A DNA stretch of 64,000 nucleotides from an uncultured Clostridia bacterium (GCA_944393265.1 CALXZO010000005.1:4601-68600), one strand, 5' to 3'. Counted from the stretch's first letter, positions 31,785 through 42,499 are shown. Translations and numbers: made by a program. Notes: generated by a model from the letters alone, not told the origin.

Positions 31785-31925
31785 AATCTAAAAAATCAAA
31801 GATTTTAGATTTTCATATGTCGAGCAAAGCTCGACTTTAAATATGAAATTTTTGTTGTTTCATACGGAAAGTATTTAGTAACATAATTCGTTAATTTTTG
31901 ATTACTTTCCTATGAAATAAAAAAG
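31785..31925 (+). repeat. Copy A of a duplicated leader-like element of about 140 nt.
   Basis: It is about 85% identical to 38085..38225. Shared blocks include GAGCAAAG(C/T)T(C/T)GACTTTAAATAT, GTTGTTTCA and CTTTCCTATGAAAT. Confidence 0.55.
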
Positions 31926-31939
31926 TCATGAAACCGTTT

Positions 31940-32800
31940 TTACAACGATTTCATGGCCTCTTGCTTTCCTCTTAACTCCAGCACCACTGCATCAATCGTT
32001 GATTTGGATGTAGATGCTCCAGCTGTAATTCCTATTTTCTCTCCTACTATATTTATGTTTTTTAAATCATTCTCATCTTTAATAAAATATGTATTATTAC
32101 AGCGCTCTTTTGTTATCTCATATAATCTGCACGAATTTGCACTTTTTTCATCACCTATAACTATAAATGTATCAACGCTTTTAGCAATTTTCACTGCCTC
32201 ATTTTGCCTTTCGTATGTTGCCATGCAAGCTGTATTAAATACAACAGATTCCATTGCATTATTTTTGACCTCTTCTATCAAATTTTTCGCTAATTCCACA
32301 TTCACTGTTGTTTGAGTAACTATACATGCTTTTTCATACTTTTTTATGTCATTTGTAGAAGAAACAATGTCATATTTCCCCTCTATCCAGCCAATTATTC
32401 CCTTAACTTCTGCATGTTCTTTATCGCCAATTATAACTATTTCATAGCCTTTTTGAGAATATTCTTCCACTATGTTGTGAATCTTTTTTACATTTGGGCA
32501 AGTTGCATCAACAATATTTAATCCTTTATTTATATATTCTTTTATCATGTTTTTAGGTATTCCATGAGCTCTAACCACTATCGAGGCTCCTTTAGGAACT
32601 TCCTCAATCGAATCTACAAAATACAGCCCTTTCCTTTTTAACTCTTGATTTGTCTTATCATTGTGTACAATTGGTGCGGTAGTATACGTAGGTGCTATTT
32701 TTACTTTTTCCTCTACTTTATTTATAGCTCTTTTTACCCCATAGCAAAAGCCCGCCGACTTGGCTATCACAATCTCCTTTTGGCTTTTATCTTGTTCCAT
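31940..32800 (-). CDS. ispH: 4-hydroxy-3-methylbut-2-enyl diphosphate reductase.
   Basis: The ORF is 286 aa. It starts MEQDKSQKEIVIAKSAGFCYGVKRAI… and has the conserved Cys ligands of the LytB fold. Confidence 0.9.
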   Translation of the reverse strand: MEQDKSQKEIVIAKSAGFCYGVKRAINKVEEKVKIAPTYTTAPIVHNDKTNQELKRKGLYFVDSIEEVPKGASIVVRAHGIPKNMIKEYINKGLNIVDATCPNVKKIHNIVEEYSQKGYEIVIIGDKEHAEVKGIIGWIEGKYDIVSSTNDIKKYEKACIVTQTTVNVELAKNLIEEVKNNAMESVVFNTACMATYERQNEAVKIAKSVDTFIVIGDEKSANSCRLYEITKERCNNTYFIKDENDLKNINIVGEKIGITAGASTSKSTIDAVVLELRGKQEAMKSL

Positions 32801-32815
32801 AAATACCTCCCCAAA

Positions 32816-33941
32816 TTACTTCCTATAAATATCTGTTGTCCTAAGTTGATTAATAGTTCTGTCTAGAATATCATAATTTCTCTCATCTATTTGAAGCCTT
32901 GCCTGTTGCAATGAAATATCCTTTTTAATAACCGCTTTTGCGAGCGAATTCATAAAACTAATATTTCCTTTATCATATCTTGATTGAATTGCATCTTCTA
33001 TTTCTGATTTGCTAAACTTATCTTTTCTTATGAACGATGAAATTACATCATCTACTATCATTATCTCTGGAATCATTACCAATTTTCCTTGTGTCCCACG
33101 TACTAATCGTTGTGTAACTACAGCCTTTAGCACTGATGAAATCATATACTTGACTCCAACACTTTGATCCGATAAATCATAAAAATTAAGAACCCTGTCG
33201 ATTGTTTCTGCACATGATCTAGTATGCATAGTACCAAGAACTAAATGTCCCGATTCAGCCATTTCAAGCGTTGCATCCATAGTCTCCTTATCTCTTATTT
33301 CTCCAACAACTAATATGTCACAATCTTCCCTAAGTGCATTTCGTGTTCCCACACTAAAACTCGGGCAATCTCCACCCTCTCCAACTTCTTTTTGTATAAC
33401 TAATGATTTTTTAGAAACATGTACATATTCAATTGGATTCTCTAGCATTAGTATTTTCTTTTTTTCAGTTTCATTTATCTCATTTACAAGAACATTAAGT
33501 GTCGTACTTTTTCCGCGAATTTGACTTACCAGTAACAAGTATTAGCCCCTGTGGCAAATATGAAACTCTTCTAACAATATCTGGCAAATTTAAATCTTCA
33601 AATCTAGGTAAATTGTTTTTTATAATCCTAATTGTAAATACTGGATACCCATTAGAGCTAGAAATATTTATACGAAAACGCTTGTTATTCAAGAATTCAT
33701 AATTAAGATCTATTCTTTTTTCTTCTTTATACGCTCTCTCATATCCCGAATTATTGTCTATAAAAAATTGAAACACCTGATATATATCATCATCCGAAAA
33801 TGTGTCTAAATCTGACATTTCAATTAACTCTTTATTAATCCTAAAAATTGGTTTTGAGCGTCTAACTATATGAATATCTGAAGCCTCAAGCTTTATACCT
33901 AATTTTAAAATTTCTTGAATATCTATCATAAAACATCGCAC
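32816..33941 (-). CDS. pilT: PilT-like type IV pilus retraction ATPase, interrupted by a +1 frameshift at the in-frame CGG. The CGG shows as ccg on the plus strand at 33513-33515.
   Basis: The N-terminal ORF 33495..33941 ends …LILVTGKSNSRKKYDT*. The C-terminal ORF 32816..33538 continues …GKSTTLNVLV… with Walker B and the Asp/His boxes. Deleting the C gives the Walker A motif GKSNSGKSTTL. Confidence 0.8.
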
Positions 33942-33987
33942 CGCCTTTTGTTCTTCTTTTGTACTATCATAAAATTTTTAATAAATT

Positions 33988-34250
33988 CCTACCTTAAGTC
34001 ATCGATACCTTTTTTAGGATATACCGTTACCGGATCATATCCGCCGTTTATGAAACGGATTGCATCTTAATATTCTTAAAATTGCCAACTTCAACCCTTT
34101 AGCAGTACCATATGTTTCTATTGCATCTATAGCATAAGTAGAACAAGTAGGATAATATCTGCATGAACTATGCCACGGCCCAGGTATTTTTTTATATATT
34201 TTTATTAACCATATTACAAATGTTTTAATCATTTTCTTCCTCATTTTCAA
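33988..34250 (-). CDS. yidD: Membrane protein insertion efficiency factor YidD, interrupted by a +1 frameshift at an in-frame CGG. The CGG shows as ccg on the plus strand at 34044-34046.
   Basis: ORF 34035..34250 ends …[10 protein letters not shown]. Deleting the C of the first CGG gives …[25 protein letters not shown], which restores the conserved GGYDPV motif. Confidence 0.75.
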
Positions 34251-34278
34251 AATTCAAATTAAGACATTTAACATCATT

Positions 34279-34677
34279 CTACGCCATTGGCGGAACCATG
34301 CCCGTCCTAATAAACTCACCTGTTGTAATATTTTTTTCATCACGAGATTGCTCAACAAGCTCCGAAAGCAACGTCCTAACTTTTTCCGGATTCTTTACAT
34401 TCTTTATTTCAAGTATCGGAGTCGTAGCATCAGCAGAATTGCATACAATTGAGCCAACTCCAAATATTCTTGCAAATAAGCTTTTGTGAAGGGTTATGTC
34501 TATTATCCTATAAAGCCTTATTTCCTCTTCTTTCACAGATAATATTTTTACTATGACATACAATCTGTCTCTATATAACGTGTATCTCGTGAAAGAAAGA
34601 GGTAACCCAAAAAGTGGTCTTTTCTTATCAGTCCAAAGAATTTCTTCTTCCATAATATCACTCCTCATACTTTTCAA
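34279..34677 (-). CDS. Hypothetical protein.
   Basis: The ORF is 132 aa with no firm family assignment. Confidence 0.4.
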   Translation of the reverse strand: MKSMRSDIMEEEILWTDKKRPLFGLPLSFTRYTLYRDRLYVIVKILSVKEEEIRLYRIIDITLHKSLFARIFGVGSIVCNSADATTPILEIKNVKNPEKVRTLLSELVEQSRDEKNITTGEFIRTGMVPPMA

Positions 34678-34825
34678 TCTACTAATAGCTTAACACGTTT
34701 TTATTATAAAATCAATTAAATCGTGGCATTTCTAGCATAGCTAATTTATATTTTTATTTATTTATGAATAGCAAAGTGGTATAATTGCAAAATAATGTAT
34801 TAATTATTTTATCAGGGAGGATTAC

Positions 34826-35958
34826 ATGGTAGATATATCTATTGTAAAATGTGATGATTATTCGTCCGACAATGTGCATGCGTCGTTAAATAAATTATTA
34901 AAAATCAATAATAGCCTAGATTGGGTAACTCCTGGCATGAAAATAGCAATTAAAGCAAATCTTGTAAGCTTTATAAAACCCGAACTTGCCGCTACTACTC
35001 ATCCTACATTACTTTGTGAACTGGTGAAAATACTCATCGAAAAAGGTGCAGAGGTAACAGTTGGAGATAGTCCTGGTGGATTATATACAGCTCCATACGT
35101 AAATAATGTATACTCTATTACAGGAGTAACTGCAATTGAAGAATTTGGCGGAAAATTAAATCAGAATTTTGAAAAAACAGAAGCAAAATTTGAAAATGGT
35201 AAAGCTTTAAAAGAGTTTTTTTATACATCATATTTAGATGACGTAGATGCTATTATAAATTTTTCAAAATTAAAAACGCATGCCATGATGGGTATGTCTG
35301 CAGCAACAAAGAACATGTTTGGAACAATTCCTCGGCACATTAAAGCCAGAGTACCATTTCAGATTTCCAAATCATGAGGATTTTGCCGACATGTTAATTG
35401 ATATAAATGAATTTTTTAAGCCTAGACTTTGTATCGTCGATGCGGTTTATGGAATGGAAGGCAATCGGACCAACCAAGGGAACGCCTAGGCATATTGGTG
35501 CACTACTCGCCTCAACTGATCCATACAAATTGGATTTGGCCTGTGCAAAAATAATAGGCTTAGAAAAAGAAAATGTAACCACTCTAGAAGCTGCATATAA
35601 ACGAGGTTTAATACCTTCAGATTATACGAAACTAACGTATAATGAAATTATAGAAAATTACTTTATAAGTGATTATAAAAACATACCAATTCATTCGGGA
35701 ATTTTATTTGATAGCAAACCTCCGCTTATAAAGAAAATGATTTCAAAATCACTGCAATCGACTCCGCTTGTAGAAAAAAGCAAATGTATTTCATGCAAAA
35801 AATGTTTTGAAACATGTCCCGCAAAAGCTATTACAATGAAAAATAACAAACCAGTTATTGATAGAAAAAAGTGTATTTCCTGCTTTTGCTGTCAAGAGTT
35901 TTGCCCTGCTGGAGCTATAAAATCAAAAAGACCTTTTATTGCAAAATTACTAAATTAG
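34826..35958 (+). CDS. DUF362-domain protein fused to a 2x[4Fe-4S] ferredoxin domain, interrupted by two +1 frameshifts at in-frame CGG codons (35333-35335 and 35466-35468).
   Basis: Deleting the two C's gives …KNMFGTIPGTLKPEYHFRFPNHEDFADMLIDINEFFKPRLCIVDAVYGMEGNGPTKGTPRHIGALLASTDP…, a continuous DUF362 consensus. It is followed by CISCKKCFETCP and CISCFCCQEFCP. Confidence 0.75.
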
Positions 35959-36605
35959 TTGGTGCATCTTAAACATGCTGTATAACCTTTTGAAACAGCA
36001 TCATTAAAAGAGATTGAATAAAAATTCCCACCATTGCAGTTACTTAAAAAATGATATTTTGCTCCAGTCTTAGAAACATATACTGTTCCTTGACTATTAC
36101 CATTAATATCAATTTTATCTGTTTTATATATAATATCTATTTCAGCAGTATCACTTTCCGTGATGCTGCTATGTTTTTCTTCTAACCCATTATAGTCATC
36201 TAACAGCTCATCGTATAATTTCTCTAACTCATCATATTCATCAAGTAACTCATCATATAATTCTTCCAACTTCTCATATTTTTCTTGCAAAGCATTATAT
36301 CTTTTATCAAGTCTTTCATACATTCTTATATTTTCCTCACCAATTTCTGAGGTATCTAAATATATTGTACCTTCATTAAAGTCAACACCAACATTTATCA
36401 ATTCTGAAAATTCCCTAAGTGCAATGTATGTCCTATCTTGATATGACAAAATTGGCGTTTCTGACGAATATCTTTCGCCGTCTAATAAAATAGGAAACGT
36501 AGAAAATGATACGTTCTTCACAAGATTACCTGCAAACGCAATTGATGTAAGCATCACAATACCGATGCATATAAAAATCATACTTCTTTTTAAAAACTTC
36601 TTCAT
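35955..36605 (-). CDS. Hypothetical secreted protein with a coiled-coil segment and a Cys-rich C-terminus.
   Basis: The ORF is 216 aa with a signal peptide and repeats of YDELLD. Confidence 0.45.
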   Translation of the reverse strand: MKKFLKRSMIFICIGIVMLTSIAFAGNLVKNVSFSTFPILLDGERYSSETPILSYQDRTYIALREFSELINVGVDFNEGTIYLDTSEIGEENIRMYERLDKRYNALQEKYEKLEELYDELLDEYDELEKLYDELLDDYNGLEEKHSSITESDTAEIDIIYKTDKIDINGNSQGTVYVSKTGAKYHFLSNCNGGNFYSISFNDAVSKGYTACLRCTN

Positions 36606-36988
36606 AAAACCTCCTTAAAAAATTAGTAGTTCGTGCGCGCAAAATAGATAAATTACTAAAAAACTTTTTAGTAAACTATTCTAAATTTGAACCAACAAAA
36701 TAAAAATGGAAAATTTAAGCGAATCGCTCTTAGAAAAAAACTTCTAGAATTGTCCACAGTTTATATCAGCTTCATACAAAAAGTCAATACATTTTAAAAA
36801 AATTATAAATTGCTAATTTTCATTTGAATTTTAGTTTTTTCATAAAAAACTGAAATAAATTTAAGTAGACACGGGGAGGGATTTTGAAAATTTACGAAAT
36901 TTTTATAAATGGACTTAATTGTAAATTTGACTTTACTCCTACAACAAGATATACTTATCATATAATTTTGCACAAAGGAGTTTAATTT

Positions 36989-38050
36989 ATGAAAAGTTGT
37001 ATACCAGGCTTAGTATCAATCATTATTCCAGTTTATAATAAGGAAAACTTTTTGAGTAAGTGTCTTGATAGTGTTATTAATCAATCTTTTAAAAATATTG
37101 AAATTGTTTGTGTGAATGACGGTTCCACAGACAATAGTATTAATATTTTAAGAGATTATGAAAAAAAAGATAATCGTTTTTTAATTATAGATAAGCCTAA
37201 CGGTGGTGTTAGTTCTGCTAGAAATGAAGGCATTTTCAAATGCTCTGGTGAATATATAATGTTTGTAGATCCTGATGATTATATTGAACTAAACGCTGTG
37301 GAGCTTTTATATAATAATCTTATAGAACAAAATGTTGATATGGTAAAAGGAAATTATTGTATTCATGATGGTTCTTATAAAAGCACAGCATATCTTGATA
37401 TGAGCAAGGTAAACAACAAAAAAATTTTGTCCAATAGCGATGATTTTAAAAATCTCGTTGTAAGTACATTGTCTCTTAATAATCCCCTAATCGGCTCTGT
37501 ATGCACTTCTTTAGTAAAAAAGTCTTGTATTCTTAAAACTAATTTATTTAATATAAATTTAGTACTAGCCGAAGATAGATTATTTTTAAGAGAATTGATG
37601 GAACACATTAATAGTATCTTTTTCGTAGATATTATTGTTTATAATTATTTTCTTAACTCAAGTAGCTGCACGGTGTCTACAAAAAATATTTTACGCAATG
37701 CGTATAACCTCATTAGTGCAATTCCTCTTTTTGAAAGCATCGTAAGCAAAAGCAAATTTAGGATACCTAATGAGCTAGTTAATTATAACACTAATTTTTT
37801 AAATGGAATTATAAATTCTTTTTTTGTAATGTATCGAAACAAAATACCTAAAGAAGAAATTATTAAAGAAATAAAAAAAATTATAACAGTTGATGAAGTT
37901 CAAAAACTCTTTGAAACGGCAGATTATAGCATACTTTCTTTTCATGTAAAAGTACCTATAAAGCTAATAAAAAAAGGTCACTACAACGCTCTTTTTGTTT
38001 TCTATTGGTTTAGAAATTTTATGAGAAAGTTGGTAGTAAAAAGAAGTTAA
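36989..38050 (+). CDS. Family 2 glycosyltransferase.
   Basis: The ORF is 353 aa. It has the GT-A fold motifs IIIPVYNKENFL, VNDGSTDNS and DPDD. Confidence 0.8.
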   Translation: MKSCIPGLVSIIIPVYNKENFLSKCLDSVINQSFKNIEIVCVNDGSTDNSINILRDYEKKDNRFLIIDKPNGGVSSARNEGIFKCSGEYIMFVDPDDYIELNAVELLYNNLIEQNVDMVKGNYCIHDGSYKSTAYLDMSKVNNKKILSNSDDFKNLVVSTLSLNNPLIGSVCTSLVKKSCILKTNLFNINLVLAEDRLFLRELMEHINSIFFVDIIVYNYFLNSSSCTVSTKNILRNAYNLISAIPLFESIVSKSKFRIPNELVNYNTNFLNGIINSFFVMYRNKIPKEEIIKEIKKIITVDEVQKLFETADYSILSFHVKVPIKLIKKGHYNALFVFYWFRNFMRKLVVKRS

Positions 38051-38084
38051 TTATACTTTCCATAAAAATCATTAATGAACAAAT

Positions 38085-38225
38085 ACAAAAAATTAAAATT
38101 TTGATTTTTAATATATTGAGCAAAGTTTGACTTTAAATATAAAATTTTCGTTGTTTCACTCGGAAAACTTTTAACAAAGTAATACGTTAAAGTTTTACCA
38201 CTTTCCTATGAAATTAAGAAAGGAT
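38085..38225 (+). repeat. Copy B of the duplicated leader-like element. It forms the 5' leader and RBS of the Wzx-like flippase gene.
   Basis: It is about 85% identical to 31785..31925 and ends in AAGAAAGGATGTATTATG, which is the RBS and start codon of ORF 38231. Confidence 0.55.
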
Positions 38226-38230
38226 GTATT

Positions 38231-39763
38231 ATGAGATCTCTTAACTCTTTAAAAAACACAATAGTATCGGTTGTATCAAGTGCTATAAATATTATAATTT
38301 CTTTTGTTGCAACTAAATTTTTCTTGAGCACTCTTGGCGAAGAATATTTAGGGCTAAACGGATTATTTTCAAATATCTTATCAATCCTTGCTATTGCAGA
38401 ACTGGGCTTCGGATCAGCTATTACATATAGTATGTATGAACCACTAGCTAACGATAATAAAGAAAAAATAAAATCACTATTAAAGTTTTATAAAATAGTA
38501 TATTACATAATTACTCTAGTGGTATTACTTATCGGCCTTTGCTTCATACCGTTTTTAGATGTAATCGTTGGTGAATCATCTATCGATTTAAATATAACTT
38601 TTTTATATTTGCTATTTTTATTTGATTTAATAGCATCATACACATTAACCTACAAACGTTCTATATTATATGCAAACCAGCAAACTTATATAATTAATGC
38701 TGTTCATATAGGCTATTTAATACTTATGAACATTGCACAAATATTAGTTTTAGTATATACTTCAAACTACGTCTTATATTTAATAATAAAAATTGTATTT
38801 AGACTATTAGAAAACATTGTTCTAAATATAATTGCAAATAAACTTTATCCATATATAAACGATAAAAATATTGCTAATCTACCTAAAGAAGACAAGGAGC
38901 AGATACTTCAAAAAGTAAAAGGATTATTGCTACATAAGATTGGAGATGCAGGTATTACAGGTAGTGATAATATAATTATTTCATCAATTTTTGGAATTGG
39001 AAAAGTTGGACTCTATACTAACTATATAACATTAACAACCGGTTTAAACTCCGTGGTAACACATATATTCTCTGCAATTACAGCAAGTGTTGGAAATTTA
39101 TTATTAGAAAAAAATTCCGAAAAGTCATATAACGTATATAAAACATTATTACTTTTTAATTACTGGATATACACATTTGCCACAATTGGTCTTGTTTGCC
39201 TTGCAGAACCACTTATAACAATTTGGATCGGTAGCGAGTATTTATTAGACTTTGAGTTTTTAGTAGTACTATCTTTAAATTTTTTCATATCAGGTATGAA
39301 ACATACTTGTGCTACTTTTAAAAATGCAGCTGGTGTATTTTATGAAGATAGGTATGTTCCGATTTTAGAAGTTTTATTAAACATCGTATTTTCTATAATC
39401 TTTGCTAAATACATGGGACTTTCAGGTGTAGTTGTTGGAACGGCAATAAGCTCTTTAGCTTTGTTTTTATATAGTTATCCTATATTCGTTTTCAAGCCAT
39501 TGTTTGGTAAAAGTTTTTCAGAATATATCAAGGAATTACTTAAATATCTTGCATTATTTTTAATAATATTTGTAGGAATGATTTCGCTAATGAAGCTTAT
39601 TAACTTTTCAAACTTTTATGTAACAACTTTAATAAAACTTTTAATTGTTTTATTAGTACCTAATTTAGTTAATTTTCTGATATTTTATAAAACAGACGAA
39701 TTTAAATATTATGTCAGTCTTATTCAAAACATATTAAAAAATAAAAGGCATCAAAACAAATAA
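38231..39763 (+). CDS. Polysaccharide biosynthesis protein, a Wzx-like MOP-family flippase.
   Basis: The ORF is 510 aa with about 12-14 TM helices and the typical N-terminal KN(T/S)xxxxxxxxI motif. Confidence 0.75.
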   Translation: MRSLNSLKNTIVSVVSSAINIIISFVATKFFLSTLGEEYLGLNGLFSNILSILAIAELGFGSAITYSMYEPLANDNKEKIKSLLKFYKIVYYIITLVVLLIGLCFIPFLDVIVGESSIDLNITFLYLLFLFDLIASYTLTYKRSILYANQQTYIINAVHIGYLILMNIAQILVLVYTSNYVLYLIIKIVFRLLENIVLNIIANKLYPYINDKNIANLPKEDKEQILQKVKGLLLHKIGDAGITGSDNIIISSIFGIGKVGLYTNYITLTTGLNSVVTHIFSAITASVGNLLLEKNSEKSYNVYKTLLLFNYWIYTFATIGLVCLAEPLITIWIGSEYLLDFEFLVVLSLNFFISGMKHTCATFKNAAGVFYEDRYVPILEVLLNIVFSIIFAKYMGLSGVVVGTAISSLALFLYSYPIFVFKPLFGKSFSEYIKELLKYLALFLIIFVGMISLMKLINFSNFYVTTLIKLLIVLLVPNLVNFLIFYKTDEFKYYVSLIQNILKNKRHQNK

Positions 39764-39834
39764 AATCTATACAAAAGCCGGGGCTTATACATCCCCGGCT
39801 TGTTTAATATAAAAATTGTACTTGCTTTAATAAA

Positions 39835-40359
39835 CTAACATAACGCAACCAACCTTTGCTCTACTAGATAATTAAATAATGCACAACAACCCTTATAAAT
39901 ATCTCTATATGTTGTTTCAAAATCATTTGTATAATATGGATCGACTATATCAGAAGGCTCATCTGTAAAATCAAGAAGCTTATATATCTTTTTTGCATAA
40001 TCATTTTTTACAATTTTAACAACATCATCCACTATATACTTATCCATCGCTATAATATAATCAAATTTCATATAGTCTAGATGAGTAATTTTTTTAGCTC
40101 TTCTTGACTCATAAGCAACGCCATACTCATCTAACACCATCTTTGTTCTTATCTCAATATCATTTCCAAGCTGTTCAGACGTTGTAGCTACTGAGCTAAT
40201 TAAAAATTTAGAATCCATATTGTTTTTTTTGGCAATATCTTTAAATATAAATTCTGCCATTGGTGATCTGCATATATTCCCCTTGCAAACGAATAAAATA
40301 CGCATACACCCGCTTTTGTCTATCATATCATTTCCCTCTTTTTCATTTTTAAATTTCAA
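39835..40359 (-). CDS. Low-molecular-weight protein tyrosine phosphatase.
   Basis: The CX5R P-loop (LFVCKGNICRSPMAE) and the DPYY motif are present. The true start is probably the internal M of MRILFVCK. Confidence 0.8.
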   Translation of the reverse strand: MKFKNEKEGNDMIDKSGCMRILFVCKGNICRSPMAEFIFKDIAKKNNMDSKFLISSVATTSEQLGNDIEIRTKMVLDEYGVAYESRRAKKITHLDYMKFDYIIAMDKYIVDDVVKIVKNDYAKKIYKLLDFTDEPSDIVDPYYTNDFETTYRDIYKGCCALFNYLVEQRLVALC

Positions 40360-40495
40360 TGACTGATATTAATATTTTACTTGTTTAATCGCAAAAATTC
40401 AACATCGCTAAACAGGCTTAAAAGCTCATATACCGGCTTTTCCCGTATTTTATTCAATTTATCAAACCTTTTCTTAAAATTATGTTTTTTCCCTT

Positions 40496-42499
40496 TTATT
40501 CTAACTCAAATGCTCCTGTATACAATTGATAATATACTCCTTTTTCACCTATTAAAAATTCATGTTCTCCTCTTTCTATAATCTCTCCATGATCTAAAAC
40601 AATTATTGCCTTAGAATTTCTGACCGTTGAAAGCCTATGCGCAATAACAAACACAGTTCTTCCTTTCATCAACTTATCCATTCCATCTTGAACAATTGAT
40701 TCCGTTCTCGTATCAATGCTTGAGGTTGCCTCATCTAATATCATTACAGGCGGGTTAGCAACTGCCGCTCTTGCAATTGATATTAATTGTCTTTGTCCTT
40801 GCGATAAACTCTCTCCATTTCCTGTAATCCAAGTATTATAACCATCTGGTAATCTAGTTATAAAACCATCTGCATTTGCAAGTTTTGCAGCAGCAACAAC
40901 TTCATCTTCAGTTGCATTCAATTTTCCATATCTTATATTATCCATTATCGTACCAGTAAATAAATTTGTATCTTGCAATACCATACCAAGCGAACGTCTT
41001 AAATCATCTTTATTTATTTCATTAACATCTATCCCATCATATATTATCTTGTCATTTTCAACTTCATAAAAACGATTTAGTAAATTCGTAATAGTTGTTT
41101 TTCCTGCGCCAGTAGCACCAACAAAAGCTATCTTCTGCCCAGGCTTTGCATAAAAAGAGACACTTTTTAATACATTTTTCTTATCGTCATAACTAAAAGT
41201 TAAATCTTTAACCTCAACATGTCCGCGCAATTCTATGTAGCTTACACTAGAATCTTTCTGTATTTTTTTCCATGCCCACATACCAGTATTCTTATCAGTC
41301 TCAACGATTTTATCTCCATCATGTTCAATGCTAACAAGTGTCACTTTTCCTTCGTTCTCTTCTGGTAGTTCATCCATCATACTAAAAATTCTTTCTGCAC
41401 CGGCCAAAGCCATGGAAACAGCATTTATTTGTTGTGATACTCTAGATATCGGCATATTAAAGCTTCTACTTAGTTGCAAGAAACCTACAATAGCTCCGAT
41501 TGTAAGTCCATTAATATTATTTATAGCAAGCATTCCACCAATAATTGCAAGAACAACATATTGGATGTTTCCTATATTACCCATAATTGGCATCAATATA
41601 TTAGCCATCATGTTTGCATTTGTTGAGTTCTTTGCCCACATATCATTTATTTTATCAAAGTCTTCTTTTGTTTTATTTTCATGACAAAACACCTTTACAA
41701 CTTTTTGACCATTTATCATTTCTTCAATATACCCATTAACTTTTGCCAAAGATTCTTGTTGCTTAACAAAATACTGTGCACTCTTACTACCAATATTCTT
41801 TACAATTTTAAGCATTACCATAAGTATAACCATTACAACCATTGTTAAATATACATCCGTATAAACCATTGCAATAAATACTGCTATAATAGTTGCAATT
41901 GAAGATATTAATTGAGGCACACTTTCAGATATCATTTCCCTTAAAGCATCTGTATCATTCGTGTAGTAATTCATTATTTCGCCATGAGTATGAGTATCAA
42001 AATAGCTTATAGGAAGTGATTGCATCTTTTCAAACATTTCATCTCTAATCTTTTTCAAAATTCCCTGCGTTACTTTTACCATTAATCTTGCATAAACAAA
42101 TGTAGAAACAATCCCTATAACAAATATTCCAACCATAAGCATAAATAGCTTAATCATTTCAGAAAAATCCGCATTCATATTACCTATTAAAGGCGTAATA
42201 TAATCATCAATTAGTTTTTCAATAAAAAGAGAGCTAGCAACATTAGTAACCGAAGAGACAAGTATACAAATTACAACTATTATCATTGTTATTTTATATT
42301 TTCTTAAATATGATAATAATCTTTTTATCGTCGCCAAAGGATTCTTAACTTTGTACTTATTTAATTTTCTAGTGTTGTTTTCTTTTTTAGAATTTTGCTT
42401 AGTAATCACTACATTTTCAGAATTATTTTTTTCTACTTTCATTCTTTTGACACTTACTTTTTTCTTCTTAGAAGTCTTTCTCTTCTTATGCTTTGACAA
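40496..42499 (-). CDS. ABC exporter with fused permease and ATPase, carrying an unusual N-terminal extension of about 60 aa that is rich in Lys.
   Basis: The ORF is 667 aa with 6 TM helices, Walker A (GATGAGKTT), the signature LSQGQRQL and Walker B (ILDEATS). Confidence 0.85.
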   Translation of the reverse strand: MSKHKKRKTSKKKKVSVKRMKVEKNNSENVVITKQNSKKENNTRKLNKYKVKNPLATIKRLLSYLRKYKITMIIVVICILVSSVTNVASSLFIEKLIDDYITPLIGNMNADFSEMIKLFMLMVGIFVIGIVSTFVYARLMVKVTQGILKKIRDEMFEKMQSLPISYFDTHTHGEIMNYYTNDTDALREMISESVPQLISSIATIIAVFIAMVYTDVYLTMVVMVILMVMLKIVKNIGSKSAQYFVKQQESLAKVNGYIEEMINGQKVVKVFCHENKTKEDFDKINDMWAKNSTNANMMANILMPIMGNIGNIQYVVLAIIGGMLAINNINGLTIGAIVGFLQLSRSFNMPISRVSQQINAVSMALAGAERIFSMMDELPEENEGKVTLVSIEHDGDKIVETDKNTGMWAWKKIQKDSSVSYIELRGHVEVKDLTFSYDDKKNVLKSVSFYAKPGQKIAFVGATGAGKTTITNLLNRFYEVENDKIIYDGIDVNEINKDDLRRSLGMVLQDTNLFTGTIMDNIRYGKLNATEDEVVAAAKLANADGFITRLPDGYNTWITGNGESLSQGQRQLISIARAAVANPPVMILDEATSSIDTRTESIVQDGMDKLMKGRTVFVIAHRLSTVRNSKAIIVLDHGEIIERGEHEFLIGEKGVYYQLYTGAFELE

